This document shows positions 1 to 9,739 of a DNA stretch of 25,628 bases, piece by piece; the stretch's first letter is position 1, and every line of letters starts with the position of its first letter. The stretch is taken from the IMG/VR virus record IMGVR_UViG_3300020519_000021, positions 1-25,628 of that record. One strand, written 5' to 3'. The position numbers and the translations under genes are program-made. Source of the DNA: a virus (Duplodnaviria > Caudoviricetes). The notes under the pieces were generated by a model. The model was not told where the DNA came from, ran no database searches, and saw only the letters and a list, made by a program, of their open reading frames with translations.

Positions 1-19
1 ATGTAAAGGGGATTGTATA

Positions 20-394
20 ATGTGGTCTGTCTTATTTCCAGCTCTACTACCAGCTTTAACAGATGGTGTTCGTGGTATCTTTGCTAAGTTTACAAAAGGA
101 GCAGGAGGTAATCCTGTCAATGTAGCTGAACGCATACAACTTATGCAAGCAGAAACCGCTCGTCTACAAGCACTAGCAGAGATAGATAAACCATCAGGTG
201 AACCTTCTATTTGGGTTACTAACTTAAGGTCTAGCTTTAGGTATATTGCAATTATCATTATTTGGTTAGCGACAGTGGCTGCTGTATTTACTCCTACTGT
301 ACCCGAAGCCATAACTTTAATTATGTTAGATTTAAGTGGGGCTTGTATGAGCTTCGTTATTGGTGAACGTATGTATCTTACTTTAAGGAAATAA
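20..394 (+). CDS. Putative holin (3TM holin-like membrane protein)
   Basis: 124 aa; hydrophobic N-terminus, W-x-x-x-L-R-x-S-F-R followed by two hydrophobic segments, basic C-terminus; located in the late operon. Confidence 0.6.
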   Translation: MWSVLFPALLPALTDGVRGIFAKFTKGAGGNPVNVAERIQLMQAETARLQALAEIDKPSGEPSIWVTNLRSSFRYIAIIIIWLATVAAVFTPTVPEAITLIMLDLSGACMSFVIGERMYLTLRK

Positions 395-395
395 T

Positions 396-668
396 ATGCC
401 AATCAAAAAAGGACAAGAAACTTTTGCTGGGTATAACAAACCTAAACGCACACCAAATCACCCAACTAAATCTCATGCTGTTCTAGCGAAAGAAGGAGAT
501 AAAGAGAAACTAATTCGTTTTGGTCAACAAGGCGTTTCAGGTGCAGGTGCTAACCCCACTACTGCTGCTGGCAAAGCTAGACAAAAATCCTTCAAGGCTC
601 GTCATGCAGATAACATTGCTAAGGGTAAGATGAGTGCAGCATACTGGGCTGATAAAGTCAAGTGGTAA
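396..668 (+). CDS. Basic phage protein of unknown function
   Basis: 90 aa, Lys/Ala-rich; KLIRFGQQG, SFKARH and SAAYWA motifs resemble a small phage family I recognise; AAGGA RBS. Confidence 0.75.
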   Translation: MPIKKGQETFAGYNKPKRTPNHPTKSHAVLAKEGDKEKLIRFGQQGVSGAGANPTTAAGKARQKSFKARHADNIAKGKMSAAYWADKVKW

Positions 669-676
669 GAAATAGG

Positions 677-705
677 TTGACAAATTGTGTCTATTGTGAT
701 ATAAT
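677..705 (+). promoter_or_regulatory. Consensus sigma70 promoter for tail genes
   Basis: TTGACA (677-682), 17 bp spacer, TATAAT (700-705), extended -10 TG. Confidence 0.85.
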
Positions 706-731
706 TGTATTATAATTAAAAGGAATATAAA

Positions 732-1373
732 TTGACATATTTAGAAGTATGTAATAGAGTTTTAAGACGACTTCGTGAGAACGAGGTTACTACTGTCAAT
801 GAAACTCCATACTCCAAGCTTATTGGGGATTTAGTGAATGTTGTAAAAGTAGAGATTGAAAACTCTTGGAATTGGTCTGCTCTACGCACAACACTAACTG
901 CCACTACAACTGATTCTTTGTTTAACTATGTGTTAGTTGATTCAGGCACTCGTTTCCGTGTATTAGATGTTGTAAATGATACAGAAGATGTATTCATGGA
1001 AGAACGCAGTAGCCGTTGGTTTGATGAACAGTTTTTAATGTCAAGTGTTCAGCACAGCGCACCTATCTATTACAACTTCAATGGTGTAAATTCTAATGGG
1101 GATACTCAAATAGATTTATATCCAATACCTGATGGTGTATATAATATCCGTATTAATGTAATACTCCCTCAACAAGAGTTAGTAGCAGATTCCACACAAA
1201 TACAAATTCCAGCCAATCTCCTTGTAGAAGGTGCTTTAGCTCGTGCAATTAGTGAGCGTGGCGATGATGGTGGTTATGCTGAACAAGAACAACGCTATCG
1301 TTCACTTGCTGCCGATTTAATTGCTATTGAAGCTTCTATTAGACAAGATGAAACTATTTGGAGAGCCTATTAA
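732..1373 (+). CDS. Tail tubular protein A / head-tail adaptor
   Basis: 213 aa, TTG start with AAGGA RBS; MTYLEVCNRVLRRLRE N-terminus, WNWSAL and LYPIPD motifs typical of podovirus adaptors; position before the nozzle gene. Confidence 0.75.
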   Translation: MTYLEVCNRVLRRLRENEVTTVNETPYSKLIGDLVNVVKVEIENSWNWSALRTTLTATTTDSLFNYVLVDSGTRFRVLDVVNDTEDVFMEERSSRWFDEQFLMSSVQHSAPIYYNFNGVNSNGDTQIDLYPIPDGVYNIRINVILPQQELVADSTQIQIPANLLVEGALARAISERGDDGGYAEQEQRYRSLAADLIAIEASIRQDETIWRAY

Positions 1374-2962
1374 TGGCAGGGGCTTTAAAAGCTCTTAGTA
1401 ATGCGGCACTTGGCTTTCTTGGGTTAAACACTCAGGAGAGTGGTGTTACATTAGAGAGTGGGTATGCCACAAAAGCCATTAACTGTATCATTGATAAGTT
1501 TGGTCGTTTAGGAAGCCGTAGGGGTTGGACCCCAGTTACTACAAATAATGGTTCTTTAAGTGATACTGATTATCTAGAATCTTTATTTGAGTTTATTGAT
1601 ATAGACCTAACAGCAACTATTCTTTCTTGTGGTGGTGGTAAGATGTACACAGGTACTACTACTCTTATTGAATCTCCAGTTAAACAAGCAAACCAAACAT
1701 CAGATTTAACTATTACTTTTACTGGTAATAGATGGCAATTCTCACAACTAGCTGAGGGTGCTGGTTATGGTAATAGTATGTATGGATTTGCTGCTCAAAC
1801 AGGTAATCCACTCCTTGTATATCGCAAAGCTAACCATACTGGTGCTTATATTTGGCAACGAGTAGGGGATTATGGCACTAAACCTACAGGTGTATCTACC
1901 TTTGACCCTGACTGTTCACATACAGCATTTGGTCGTCATTGGGTGGCAGGTGTAACTGGTGCTAAGACAACAGTTTATTATAGCAAATTACTAGATGGTG
2001 CGGCTTTTACAGGGGTAGGTTCAGGTTTAATTGATATTGAATCTGTTGTTGGTAGCAGTGACCAAATTGTTGGTATATCCTCACATAATAATTATCTTAT
2101 TATATTCTGCCGTAATAACATTATAATATACGATTCACCTGATGACCCTACTAATTTAACTCTTGCTGATGTGGTTACAGGTGTTGGATGTATTGCTCGT
2201 GATACTATACAACAAACAGGTACAGATTTAATATTCTTAAGTAATAGTGGTGTACGTAGTTTTAATCGAGTAGTACAAGACAAGAGTATGCCAATGCGTG
2301 ACTTGTCTGCTAATGTTCGTGATGACTTAGTTCAGTACATTTCAGGTGAAGTATTAACAGAAGTTAAAAGTATTTATTTTGAGAGAGATGCTTTTTATCT
2401 ATTAGTTTTACCTAATTTAAAGCAAGCCTTTTACTTTGACTTACGTCAGACATTAGAAAATGGTGCTGCTCGTGTAACAACATGGGAAAGTTTCTTACCT
2501 AAAGCTCTTTGTAAGACTAGAGATAGAAACTTATATCTAGGTATGGCAGGTGGTATTGGTAAGTATTTTGGTTACTCTGATAATGGTGAATCGTATCGTT
2601 TAGAATATTATACTTCTAACATAGATGCAGGTGAACCTTATAGTCTTAAATTTTTAAAGAAAGTAAGTGTAATTGTAATTGCTGCTGGTACACAAGATGT
2701 TGTATTTAAATATGGGTTTGATTATAAAACAACCTATACAAGTAGAACATTTACAAAAGATTTTATTGGTGGTAGTGCTGAGTATAATATAGCAGAATAC
2801 AATGTAGGGGAATTCTCTACTGGTATTGCTATTAATGATATTGTTATGCACCTAGGTGGCTCAGGTAAAATATTGCAATTTGGTGTGGAAGTTCCAATTG
2901 AAGGTGCTCCTGTCAGCTTACAACAATTAACAATCTATTTGAAAACAGGGAAGATGGTATAA
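1373..2962 (+). CDS. Tail tubular protein B / nozzle (P22 gp10- or T7 gp12-like)
   Basis: About 529 aa, beta-rich, GVGCIARDTIQ..G.DLIFLS motif; start moved to ATG 1373 (TAATG overlap). Confidence 0.75.
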   Translation: MAGALKALSNAALGFLGLNTQESGVTLESGYATKAINCIIDKFGRLGSRRGWTPVTTNNGSLSDTDYLESLFEFIDIDLTATILSCGGGKMYTGTTTLIESPVKQANQTSDLTITFTGNRWQFSQLAEGAGYGNSMYGFAAQTGNPLLVYRKANHTGAYIWQRVGDYGTKPTGVSTFDPDCSHTAFGRHWVAGVTGAKTTVYYSKLLDGAAFTGVGSGLIDIESVVGSSDQIVGISSHNNYLIIFCRNNIIIYDSPDDPTNLTLADVVTGVGCIARDTIQQTGTDLIFLSNSGVRSFNRVVQDKSMPMRDLSANVRDDLVQYISGEVLTEVKSIYFERDAFYLLVLPNLKQAFYFDLRQTLENGAARVTTWESFLPKALCKTRDRNLYLGMAGGIGKYFGYSDNGESYRLEYYTSNIDAGEPYSLKFLKKVSVIVIAAGTQDVVFKYGFDYKTTYTSRTFTKDFIGGSAEYNIAEYNVGEFSTGIAINDIVMHLGGSGKILQFGVEVPIEGAPVSLQQLTIYLKTGKMV

Positions 2963-3636
2963 TGTCAAACTATGTAAAAGCAACAAACTTCTATACAAAG
3001 GATGCCTTGCTTACAGGTAATCCTAGTAAGATTATTAAAGGTGCTGAGATTGATGATGAGTATAATGCTATTGCTACTGCTGTAGCTAGTAAAGCAGATA
3101 CAACATCTCCTACATTTACAGGGACACCCTTAGCTCCTACTGCTGCTGCTAACACTAATAGTACTCAAATAGCCACTACTGCTTTTGTAACAGCAGCTTT
3201 AGCTTTAGCCTTCCCTGTAGGTGCTATATTTAGTTCTACAAGTTCCTCTAATCCTGCAACTTCTCTTGGTTTTGGTACATGGACTGCTTTTGGTGCTGGT
3301 AGGACATTAATTGGAGCAGGTGGTGGTTTTGCAGGTGGTGCTACGGGTGGTAGTGCTGATGCTGTTGTAGCAAGTCACTCACACACTGCCACATCAAGTG
3401 TTTCAGATTCAGGGCATAGTCACGTTGGTCGTGTTGCTACTACTTTAGGTGGATATGTTGGTTCTGCTGGTTTTGAAGAAGGTCGTGGTAATCCTGATTG
3501 GTCTACACAAACAAGTACTAACTCAGCTACTACTGGTATTTCTGTATCAACAACTGTAGCTTCTGCTGGTGTAAGTGGAACTAATGCTAACCTACCTCCA
3601 TATATTGTTGTATATATGTGGACACGCACGGCTTAA
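2962..3636 (+). CDS. Short tail fibre / tail protein
   Basis: SPTFTGTPLAPT and TQIATTAFV fibre motifs; FPVGAIF..NPAT.LGFGTW...GRTLIG and HSH, NLPPYIVVYMWTRTA as in T4 gp10 C-terminal-like domains. Confidence 0.75.
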   Translation: MSNYVKATNFYTKDALLTGNPSKIIKGAEIDDEYNAIATAVASKADTTSPTFTGTPLAPTAAANTNSTQIATTAFVTAALALAFPVGAIFSSTSSSNPATSLGFGTWTAFGAGRTLIGAGGGFAGGATGGSADAVVASHSHTATSSVSDSGHSHVGRVATTLGGYVGSAGFEEGRGNPDWSTQTSTNSATTGISVSTTVASAGVSGTNANLPPYIVVYMWTRTA

Positions 3637-3926
3637 TGAAGCATCCAGTCTTAGTTAAAAAAGACTATACGATTTATTTTGAGTATATTGAAGATTTTAT
3701 AGCTGTTCATTGTGATGTGCATAGATGGAATAAAAGAGTAAAAGAAAATTGGTTAAGAGATAGTTTTTATTTATTTGCATTACAAGAAAAACGGATATTT
3801 GCTTTTGTAGATAAATCTAATACTAAATTATATAAATTTACAAAGATGAATGGGTTTAATATTTTTCAAGATGAAGTATCTACAGAAGATGGGAATAAAA
3901 TAATGTTTATATGGGGTAAAATATAA
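3636..3926 (+). CDS. Small virion-assembly protein, possibly GNAT-like (T7 gp13 position)
   Basis: About 96 aa from ATG 3636 (TAATG); N..L.KF..M.GF pattern; lies between tail and internal proteins. Confidence 0.45.
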   Translation: MKHPVLVKKDYTIYFEYIEDFIAVHCDVHRWNKRVKENWLRDSFYLFALQEKRIFAFVDKSNTKLYKFTKMNGFNIFQDEVSTEDGNKIMFIWGKI

Positions 3927-4711
3927 TGGGAAAGCTTGTTAGTGGAGTAACAAATTTATTTGGAGGTAAAAAGGTTGATACCTCTCAAGCAGCTTTTAAA
4001 CCTTACGCTATAACTACCCCTGCTGGTAGTAGTTATTTTAACACTGCTACAGGAACAGGAGGAGTTACATTCTCACCTGAACTACAAAGTATGTGGGATA
4101 AATATTTATCTGCTGCTGAAGGAGCAATGCCTTCTTCTGAACAAACGAAATTTGCAGGTGATTTGTCTACTTATGGTAAACAATTATTTGGTACATCTAT
4201 AGGTATGGATACAAACCAAATGGCTAAAGATTATTACAATCAGCAACAAGCCATTTTAGAACCAACTCGTGCACAAGAATCAAGTCGTTTAAACGATACT
4301 ATGTTTAGTCGTGGGACACTAGGGGCAGGTGTTGGTATGGGTGAAGGTTATATTAATCCACAACAATATGCTTTACAACAATCTCGTGGACAACAAGACC
4401 TAGAACTAGCGTTAGCTTCTACTGATAGGTCTAGAGCAATTCAAAATGAAGAGATACAAAAAGCATTAGGTTATTATGGAATGGGTCAAGAACTCGCCTA
4501 TCAACCGTATGCTCAATCTGCTAATATCCTTGGTTATGGCACTGAATTACAAAACCTTGCTCTACCATCATTAGGTTATGGTTTAGAAGCTGGTCAATCA
4601 TCAGCTACTGCTGGTGCCAATATTGCTAGTTTACAACAAAAAGCACGAGATTCTAATCTATCATTTTGGGGTGGTTTACTCAGTGGTGGTATGAGTGCTT
4701 ATAAAAAATAA
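3926..4711 (+). CDS. Internal virion / DNA ejection protein
   Basis: 261 aa, Gly/Ala/Gln-rich and helical, glycine-rich hydrophobic ends; first of three ejection-type genes. Confidence 0.6.
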   Translation: MGKLVSGVTNLFGGKKVDTSQAAFKPYAITTPAGSSYFNTATGTGGVTFSPELQSMWDKYLSAAEGAMPSSEQTKFAGDLSTYGKQLFGTSIGMDTNQMAKDYYNQQQAILEPTRAQESSRLNDTMFSRGTLGAGVGMGEGYINPQQYALQQSRGQQDLELALASTDRSRAIQNEEIQKALGYYGMGQELAYQPYAQSANILGYGTELQNLALPSLGYGLEAGQSSATAGANIASLQQKARDSNLSFWGGLLSGGMSAYKK

Positions 4712-4722
4712 TAGGATAAATT

Positions 4723-5904
4723 ATGGCTGAAACTCAATCTTTGTTTGGACCAACTCCTGCTGACCTTAGAGCAGCTAGACAAGCACAACAAGCTGCTTTT
4801 CTAGAACGAGCTTCTCAAGTTAATCCTTCATACGCTGCTGGTGCAGGTGTAGGTAGTGTTGTTGGTAGTATTGTTGGTAGTCTTTTTGGTGTAGAAAATC
4901 CTGAACTTGCTAAAGCTAAGCAAATGGAAGAAATACAAAAAGAAATAATAGCAGAAAATCCTACTATTTCTGACCAAGGTCTTTATTATGATTTAGCTGC
5001 AAGTAAATTCTATGACAGGGGTTATTTAAAAGAATTTGCTGAAGCAAAAGCTAAAGCGGATGCGTTTAGAAAAGAACAACTTCAACTTGATTTAGAAAAT
5101 AGAGTTAAAGAATCTCAAATTGAAAAAAATACAGCAGAAAAAGCAAGTGCTTTGCCAAGTGCTGGTGCAGTTTATGCTCAAAACATAGCAATCATAAGCA
5201 ATCCTAATTCTACTCCTGAACAAGTAGCAATAGCAAAACAAACAATTAGTGGATTATATCCTGTTGCTGCAGCTTCACCTCTTGCTGGATATCAACCTAC
5301 ATTTGGTGCTGGTGGTGTTACATCTATGACCCCTGTTGCAGGGACACCTGCTGCGGTAGAACAAGAAAAAGCAAGTAGTAAAAATAAACGACAAATAGTT
5401 TCTAATTTAAATAAAAGTAATCTTGTTTCTACAAACATTGATGAAGCTTTAAAACTTGTTTCACCTAAAACAACTGGTTCAATCGGTGAAGCTACTCGTA
5501 TGTTACCCTTATCAGGTGGCTCAGATGCGGCTTCTCTAGCTAGTTATGTAGATACAATTAAAGCTAATATTGGTTTTGAACAATTAAATGCTATGCGTCA
5601 AGAATCGCCTACAGGTGGTGCTTTGGGTAACGTAGCTGTAAAAGAGTTGGATTACTTACAAGCTTCTCTAGGAAATCTAAATCCTAATTTAAGTGAAGAA
5701 GTTCTTAAAAAGAATTTAGAAGCAGTTAAAACTCATTACACTAATTTTATGAAAGAATTGCAAAAGGAAATGGATACTAAATTCCCTGTTGGTAAGGAAA
5801 CTAGTGCCTCTCCTCAGCAAGCTGCAACATCTAAAATAGTTACTATTGATAATGTTGATTACCAACAAACATCTAATGGTAAATGGGTAAAGGTGATTAA
5901 ATAA
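4723..5904 (+). CDS. Internal virion / DNA transfer protein
   Basis: 393 aa; Gly-rich hydrophobic stretch near the N-terminus, coiled coil, SPTGGALGNV motif; synteny. Confidence 0.6.
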   Translation: MAETQSLFGPTPADLRAARQAQQAAFLERASQVNPSYAAGAGVGSVVGSIVGSLFGVENPELAKAKQMEEIQKEIIAENPTISDQGLYYDLAASKFYDRGYLKEFAEAKAKADAFRKEQLQLDLENRVKESQIEKNTAEKASALPSAGAVYAQNIAIISNPNSTPEQVAIAKQTISGLYPVAAASPLAGYQPTFGAGGVTSMTPVAGTPAAVEQEKASSKNKRQIVSNLNKSNLVSTNIDEALKLVSPKTTGSIGEATRMLPLSGGSDAASLASYVDTIKANIGFEQLNAMRQESPTGGALGNVAVKELDYLQASLGNLNPNLSEEVLKKNLEAVKTHYTNFMKELQKEMDTKFPVGKETSASPQQAATSKIVTIDNVDYQQTSNGKWVKVIK

Positions 5905-7826
5905 TGGCGGATAACCAAATACAAACTGAGGAAGTAACAGACCCAGCCCTTCTTGCTCAATTAAATGCACTATCTACTTCTACTATTCCTGCAACTGAAG
6001 AAGTTACCGACCCTGCTCTATTATCACGGTTAAATAGTAATAACTTTGATTTGCTTGTTGGAATTGAAAGTGGCGGTAAACAGTTAAGGAAAGATGGTAC
6101 ACCTGTTACATCAAAAAAAGGGGCTATTGGTATTGCTCAAGTAATGCCAGCCACTGCCCCTGAAGCAGCTAGACTTGCTGGATTACCTTTTAGCGATAAG
6201 TTATATAAAGAAGACAAAGATTATAATTATGCAATAGGGCAAGCTTACTTTAATCAAAAATTAAATGATTTTTCAGGTGATTTCTTTAAGGCATCTGCTG
6301 CTTACAATAGTGGTAAGGGCACCGTTGACCTTGCATTAAAAAGAGAACAACAAACAGGTAAACCTTGGTATAACTTTTTACCTAAAGAAACTAAAGGTTA
6401 TATTAATAGTTTAGGGTTTGATGCTAAACAAGAGATTTTACCTAGCAATGCTACTACTCCTGCTAGACAAGCGGAATTTGCACAAAAGGTAGAAGATGTT
6501 CAAAATATGCCAGCAACCTATGAATTTGACCCCAATGTAGTAAAAGGGGCGGCTGCTGTAAGTGGTGTTCTTGGTATGATACCTGCTATTGCTACTGGTA
6601 GAACTGCTTTTGGTGTAGTTAAGTCTGCTACTGGGGCTGCTTTGTCAGGTGGGGCTAGTTCATTAGCTGCTGAGTATTATTTAGAAGGTAAACCGCAAAA
6701 CTTCCAAAATGATATCACAGGTCTTACTATTGAAATGGCTGGTGGTGCTGCACCTACTATATTACATGAAGCTATAACTAGAGGTTCAACTGCACTTACT
6801 AAACAAATACCGATTATTGGTGAAAAACTTGGTGCGTTTACAAAAGCATTAACAGGTGGTGAAACAGAAAGTGAGTGGGCTTTACGTCGCTTTGCTTTAG
6901 GTAATGCAAATGTTCGTGGTGGTGTGGCAACTGACATTTTTAGAACAGGTAATCAAAAAGAAAATGTTAAAAGACTTACAGATATTGGTTTAGTTATAGA
7001 CCCTAAATTACCTGCATCAAAAAGTGTTAGAACTATCTATGAGAATACCTTGGATGATTTAACATCTAGTGGTCTTACTTTTGGTAGAAGTGCACAAATG
7101 GCTAATGTAGAGAATACTCTTGCTCAAGGTGTAGACGCTGGTTTAATTAACTCAGGACAAGCTGCTGCTATTGTAAGGACATTAAAAAGTCAAAGTAGTG
7201 GTGTTGTTTCGCCTAAAGCTTATGCAAGTATGATTGATGAGTTAATTCACTCACCTAAAAAGATTGAAGGTTTATCTGAAGCAACGGATAGGGGTAGTAA
7301 ATTTATTAAAGATACTCTATCTAGCAATTATGATGATTATTTTGCTGCAAATACTGGTAAGCCTTTATACTCTCTTTTAAAAGGTGTAGAGGAATCTGAA
7401 GTTGTAGCAAAATCAAGAGATAGTATTCCTGTTCTTTTAGATACTAAATTTAAAGCAAGTCCTACTTATGCTGAAGACTTAGAACAAGCATTACGAAATA
7501 TTAAGAAAAGTGCAGGTGGTCCAGCAGATTTAAAAGCGGCTGTTGTTTCGTATTTTAAAGCACTTCCTGAAAAAGAAGCCGTTACTCGTTTTAATGATTT
7601 AAGTCCTATATTTGAAAAAACTAAAATCTTATCATTAGATGAAATTTATTCTATCAAACGAGGTGTAAATTTAGTGGCTTCTAAACGAGGTAAAACTGCT
7701 GCCTTAGTTGGAGTAACTGCAAAGGATGCAATTTTAGGTGCATTAGGTGCAGAAGTTCAAAGAACCCCTGAAGTTAGGGAAATGTTTGGTAATAAACCAT
7801 CAAATATTAAGGCTTTTTCGTTCTAA
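5904..7826 (+). CDS. Internal virion protein with lytic transglycosylase (SLT) domain
   Basis: SLT motifs IESGG, GAIGIAQVMPATA, AAYNSG, ETKGY in the N-terminal third; 640 aa. Confidence 0.85.
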   Translation: MADNQIQTEEVTDPALLAQLNALSTSTIPATEEVTDPALLSRLNSNNFDLLVGIESGGKQLRKDGTPVTSKKGAIGIAQVMPATAPEAARLAGLPFSDKLYKEDKDYNYAIGQAYFNQKLNDFSGDFFKASAAYNSGKGTVDLALKREQQTGKPWYNFLPKETKGYINSLGFDAKQEILPSNATTPARQAEFAQKVEDVQNMPATYEFDPNVVKGAAAVSGVLGMIPAIATGRTAFGVVKSATGAALSGGASSLAAEYYLEGKPQNFQNDITGLTIEMAGGAAPTILHEAITRGSTALTKQIPIIGEKLGAFTKALTGGETESEWALRRFALGNANVRGGVATDIFRTGNQKENVKRLTDIGLVIDPKLPASKSVRTIYENTLDDLTSSGLTFGRSAQMANVENTLAQGVDAGLINSGQAAAIVRTLKSQSSGVVSPKAYASMIDELIHSPKKIEGLSEATDRGSKFIKDTLSSNYDDYFAANTGKPLYSLLKGVEESEVVAKSRDSIPVLLDTKFKASPTYAEDLEQALRNIKKSAGGPADLKAAVVSYFKALPEKEAVTRFNDLSPIFEKTKILSLDEIYSIKRGVNLVASKRGKTAALVGVTAKDAILGALGAEVQRTPEVREMFGNKPSNIKAFSF

Positions 7827-7827
7827 T

Positions 7828-7921
7828 AGCTCTAAAACGCACATAAAGGGGTCTAGAAGCGAATATCATATAAAACTGATACCGTTACATAGACCCCTCT
7901 TTTTAAACAAGCCCTAGAGCT
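7828..7921. terminator. Nested inverted repeat at the convergence of both arms; probable (bidirectional) terminator
   Basis: AGCTCTA/TAGAGCT, AGGGGTCTA/TAGACCCCT followed by CTTTTT, inner TATCA/TGATA. Confidence 0.55.
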
Positions 7922-7952
7922 TGATTTTAGTGCAAATTTTACTACTTATTCA

Positions 7953-8087
7953 TCATTTGTCAAACATCAAACGAATAATAAATAAATCTACTACAATCAC
8001 ATGACCACTTTCCTCACCAAGCATACGCTTATCAACTAACTCAAACCCGACCATCATTCCTGTAATAAATTCTACTGATACAAACAT
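7953..8087 (-). CDS. Hypothetical 44-aa protein (not in ORF track)
   Basis: MFVSVEFITGMMVGFELVDKRMLGEESGHVIVVDLFIIRLMFDK; AAGGA RBS. Confidence 0.7.
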   Translation of the reverse strand: MFVSVEFITGMMVGFELVDKRMLGEESGHVIVVDLFIIRLMFDK

Positions 8088-8096
8088 AATTATCCT

Positions 8097-8351
8097 TTAG
8101 TTATAGTAAAACTCATTTTTACTAATGTAAGTAATTTTCTTTTCTTTTTCTAATTGCTTTATTTGTTGTTTATAATTTTTTCGCATATTTTTTTGTATTT
8201 CTTCTATTTGTAATAATCTAATACCAATCATACATAAACTGCTTTGTTGATAGACTGCTGGAACAGTTTCATATTGTTTCATAAATTTATACAAAGTGTA
8301 GGCTGCATTTTTACCTTCTTCTTTTGTAATCCAATCTTTAGGTTTTTCCAT
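8097..8351 (-). CDS. Hypothetical protein
   Basis: MEKPKDW...; ATG 8351 with GGGAG RBS just after the upstream stop. Confidence 0.65.
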   Translation of the reverse strand: MEKPKDWITKEEGKNAAYTLYKFMKQYETVPAVYQQSSLCMIGIRLLQIEEIQKNMRKNYKQQIKQLEKEKKITYISKNEFYYN

Positions 8352-8352
8352 A

Positions 8353-8526
8353 TTAAACTCCCTTGAGTTTAGCAAGGTATGCCATATCTACATGAGCTTC
8401 TTTTCCATCGGGGAGTTTGGCAATAACTGTATCAGGATAATACCCCCTCTTGATAATTTCTACTGGACAATCTAGCTGAACGTGCCATTGCTTTTGGTCT
8501 ACTTTTACTTTCGCCTTTTTTACCAT
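8353..8526 (-). CDS. Hypothetical 57-aa protein (not in ORF track)
   Basis: MVKKAKVKVDQKQWHVQLDCPVEIIKRGYYPDTV...; AGGAGG RBS. Confidence 0.75.
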   Translation of the reverse strand: MVKKAKVKVDQKQWHVQLDCPVEIIKRGYYPDTVIAKLPDGKEAHVDMAYLAKLKGV

Positions 8527-8696
8527 AATTCCTCCTGTTCATCCGCTAACTCTAGACAAATGCGTTTTTGATATTTCGCTATTTTATCCTCAAAGGCATA
8601 GACTAAATCCTCTGCGGTAATTTCCAGTAGGTCAAATATCTCCAACTCATCCAACTGCTCAAGCATTACCTCTTGCAATTCTTTAATCGTGAGCAC
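8520..8696 (-). CDS. Hypothetical acidic 58-aa protein (not in ORF track)
   Basis: GTG start with GGAG RBS; MLTIKELQEVMLEQLDELEIFDLLEITAEDLVYAFEDKI... Confidence 0.7.
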   Translation of the reverse strand: MLTIKELQEVMLEQLDELEIFDLLEITAEDLVYAFEDKIAKYQKRICLELADEQEELW

Positions 8697-8976
8697 TAAT
8701 ATTCTCCAATCGTTTTAATTCAGCTTTTGCATAAAATAATATTTTCTTAATATCTCGCAAAGGTGGACTATGGGAAACTTCTCCATATCTGTAGCAAGCC
8801 CTAAATATCTCACCAATTTGTGCGTTCATATTTTTATATGATATTAAATCCTGCAACTCACTAAAATCTTTTGGAAAAGTATAGTAATCTGCACTTGACC
8901 CATCACTATGTTCTTTTTTAACAGCGTTCATACTATTCCATTGTTCAGGTGTTATGTCATTAATCCTTTTTTGCAT
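8683..8976 (-). CDS. DUF3310-like (T7 gp1.7 nucleotide kinase-related) protein
   Basis: DYY...ELQDLI...GEIFRACYRYG...RDIKKILFY resembles the DUF3310 pattern. Confidence 0.5.
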   Translation of the reverse strand: MQKRINDITPEQWNSMNAVKKEHSDGSSADYYTFPKDFSELQDLISYKNMNAQIGEIFRACYRYGEVSHSPPLRDIKKILFYAKAELKRLENISAHD

Positions 8977-9739
8977 ATCTTTTCCTTAAATACCTTAAAC
9001 TGATTGGACATTCATCAAACATACCATCCTTGACATCAAACAACATATACAAGCCCCTGAAGTGGCGGTTGGTTTGGTGATTTAGGTAATGCTCCTCGTG
9101 CTCGTAACAACTACCTGTGATTAGTGCCATAACCTCCGAGCCATCTGCCCTTAAGCCGTAAGCAATATCTCTACCTTGTTGATGCCCTGCAATACAACTC
9201 TGATGATGCTTAGCAAGCAAAGCACGGGCAGTCCCACAAGGGCGACCCATAACACCAGCAACAAAGTAATGACAGAAAGCAATACCTTCAATAATGATAG
9301 GTTGCAGAAAAGGAACAGTTTCCCAGCCAGCTTCTTCATATTTTAAATCCTCCAAGGATATTAGTCCATCTAATTTAGGGTCATTATCTATTGCCCGATT
9401 TATGCGATTCTCGTGATTTCCATACAGCATAACCATCCGTGGGTTCCAGCGAGGTTTATGGTTATCTATTCTCCGTTGCTGTTCTTCTCGGATAGGGGTT
9501 AGCAGCTTATCCATCGCCTCGTGAACCACTTTGATGTCTGCCTTGTAGCGTTGACCCTCCATACTCTTGCTACCAGCCTTATCGTGGCTAGACAAGGATG
9601 GCATATCTGCGAAATCGCCCAACATCACAATTATGTCAGGAAGCATATCAACAGCATATTTCCCAATGCGTTCTAGGTATTCTAGGTCGTCATTAGGTCT
9701 GACTTGAGTGTCAGGTATCACCATCATTCTTTTAGACAT
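8960..9739 (-). CDS. Calcineurin-like metallophosphoesterase
   Basis: IPDTQ, LGDFAD, GNHE, FCHY, GHQQ motifs; start moved to MSKRMMVIP. Confidence 0.85.
   Translation of the reverse strand: MSKRMMVIPDTQVRPNDDLEYLERIGKYAVDMLPDIIVMLGDFADMPSLSSHDKAGSKSMEGQRYKADIKVVHEAMDKLLTPIREEQQRRIDNHKPRWNPRMVMLYGNHENRINRAIDNDPKLDGLISLEDLKYEEAGWETVPFLQPIIIEGIAFCHYFVAGVMGRPCGTARALLAKHHQSCIAGHQQGRDIAYGLRADGSEVMALITGSCYEHEEHYLNHQTNRHFRGLYMLFDVKDGMFDECPISLRYLRKRYAKKD

Noticed and set aside
716-6937. Short minus-strand ORFs within the structural genes
   Set aside because: Antisense shadows of well-supported genes, with no motifs
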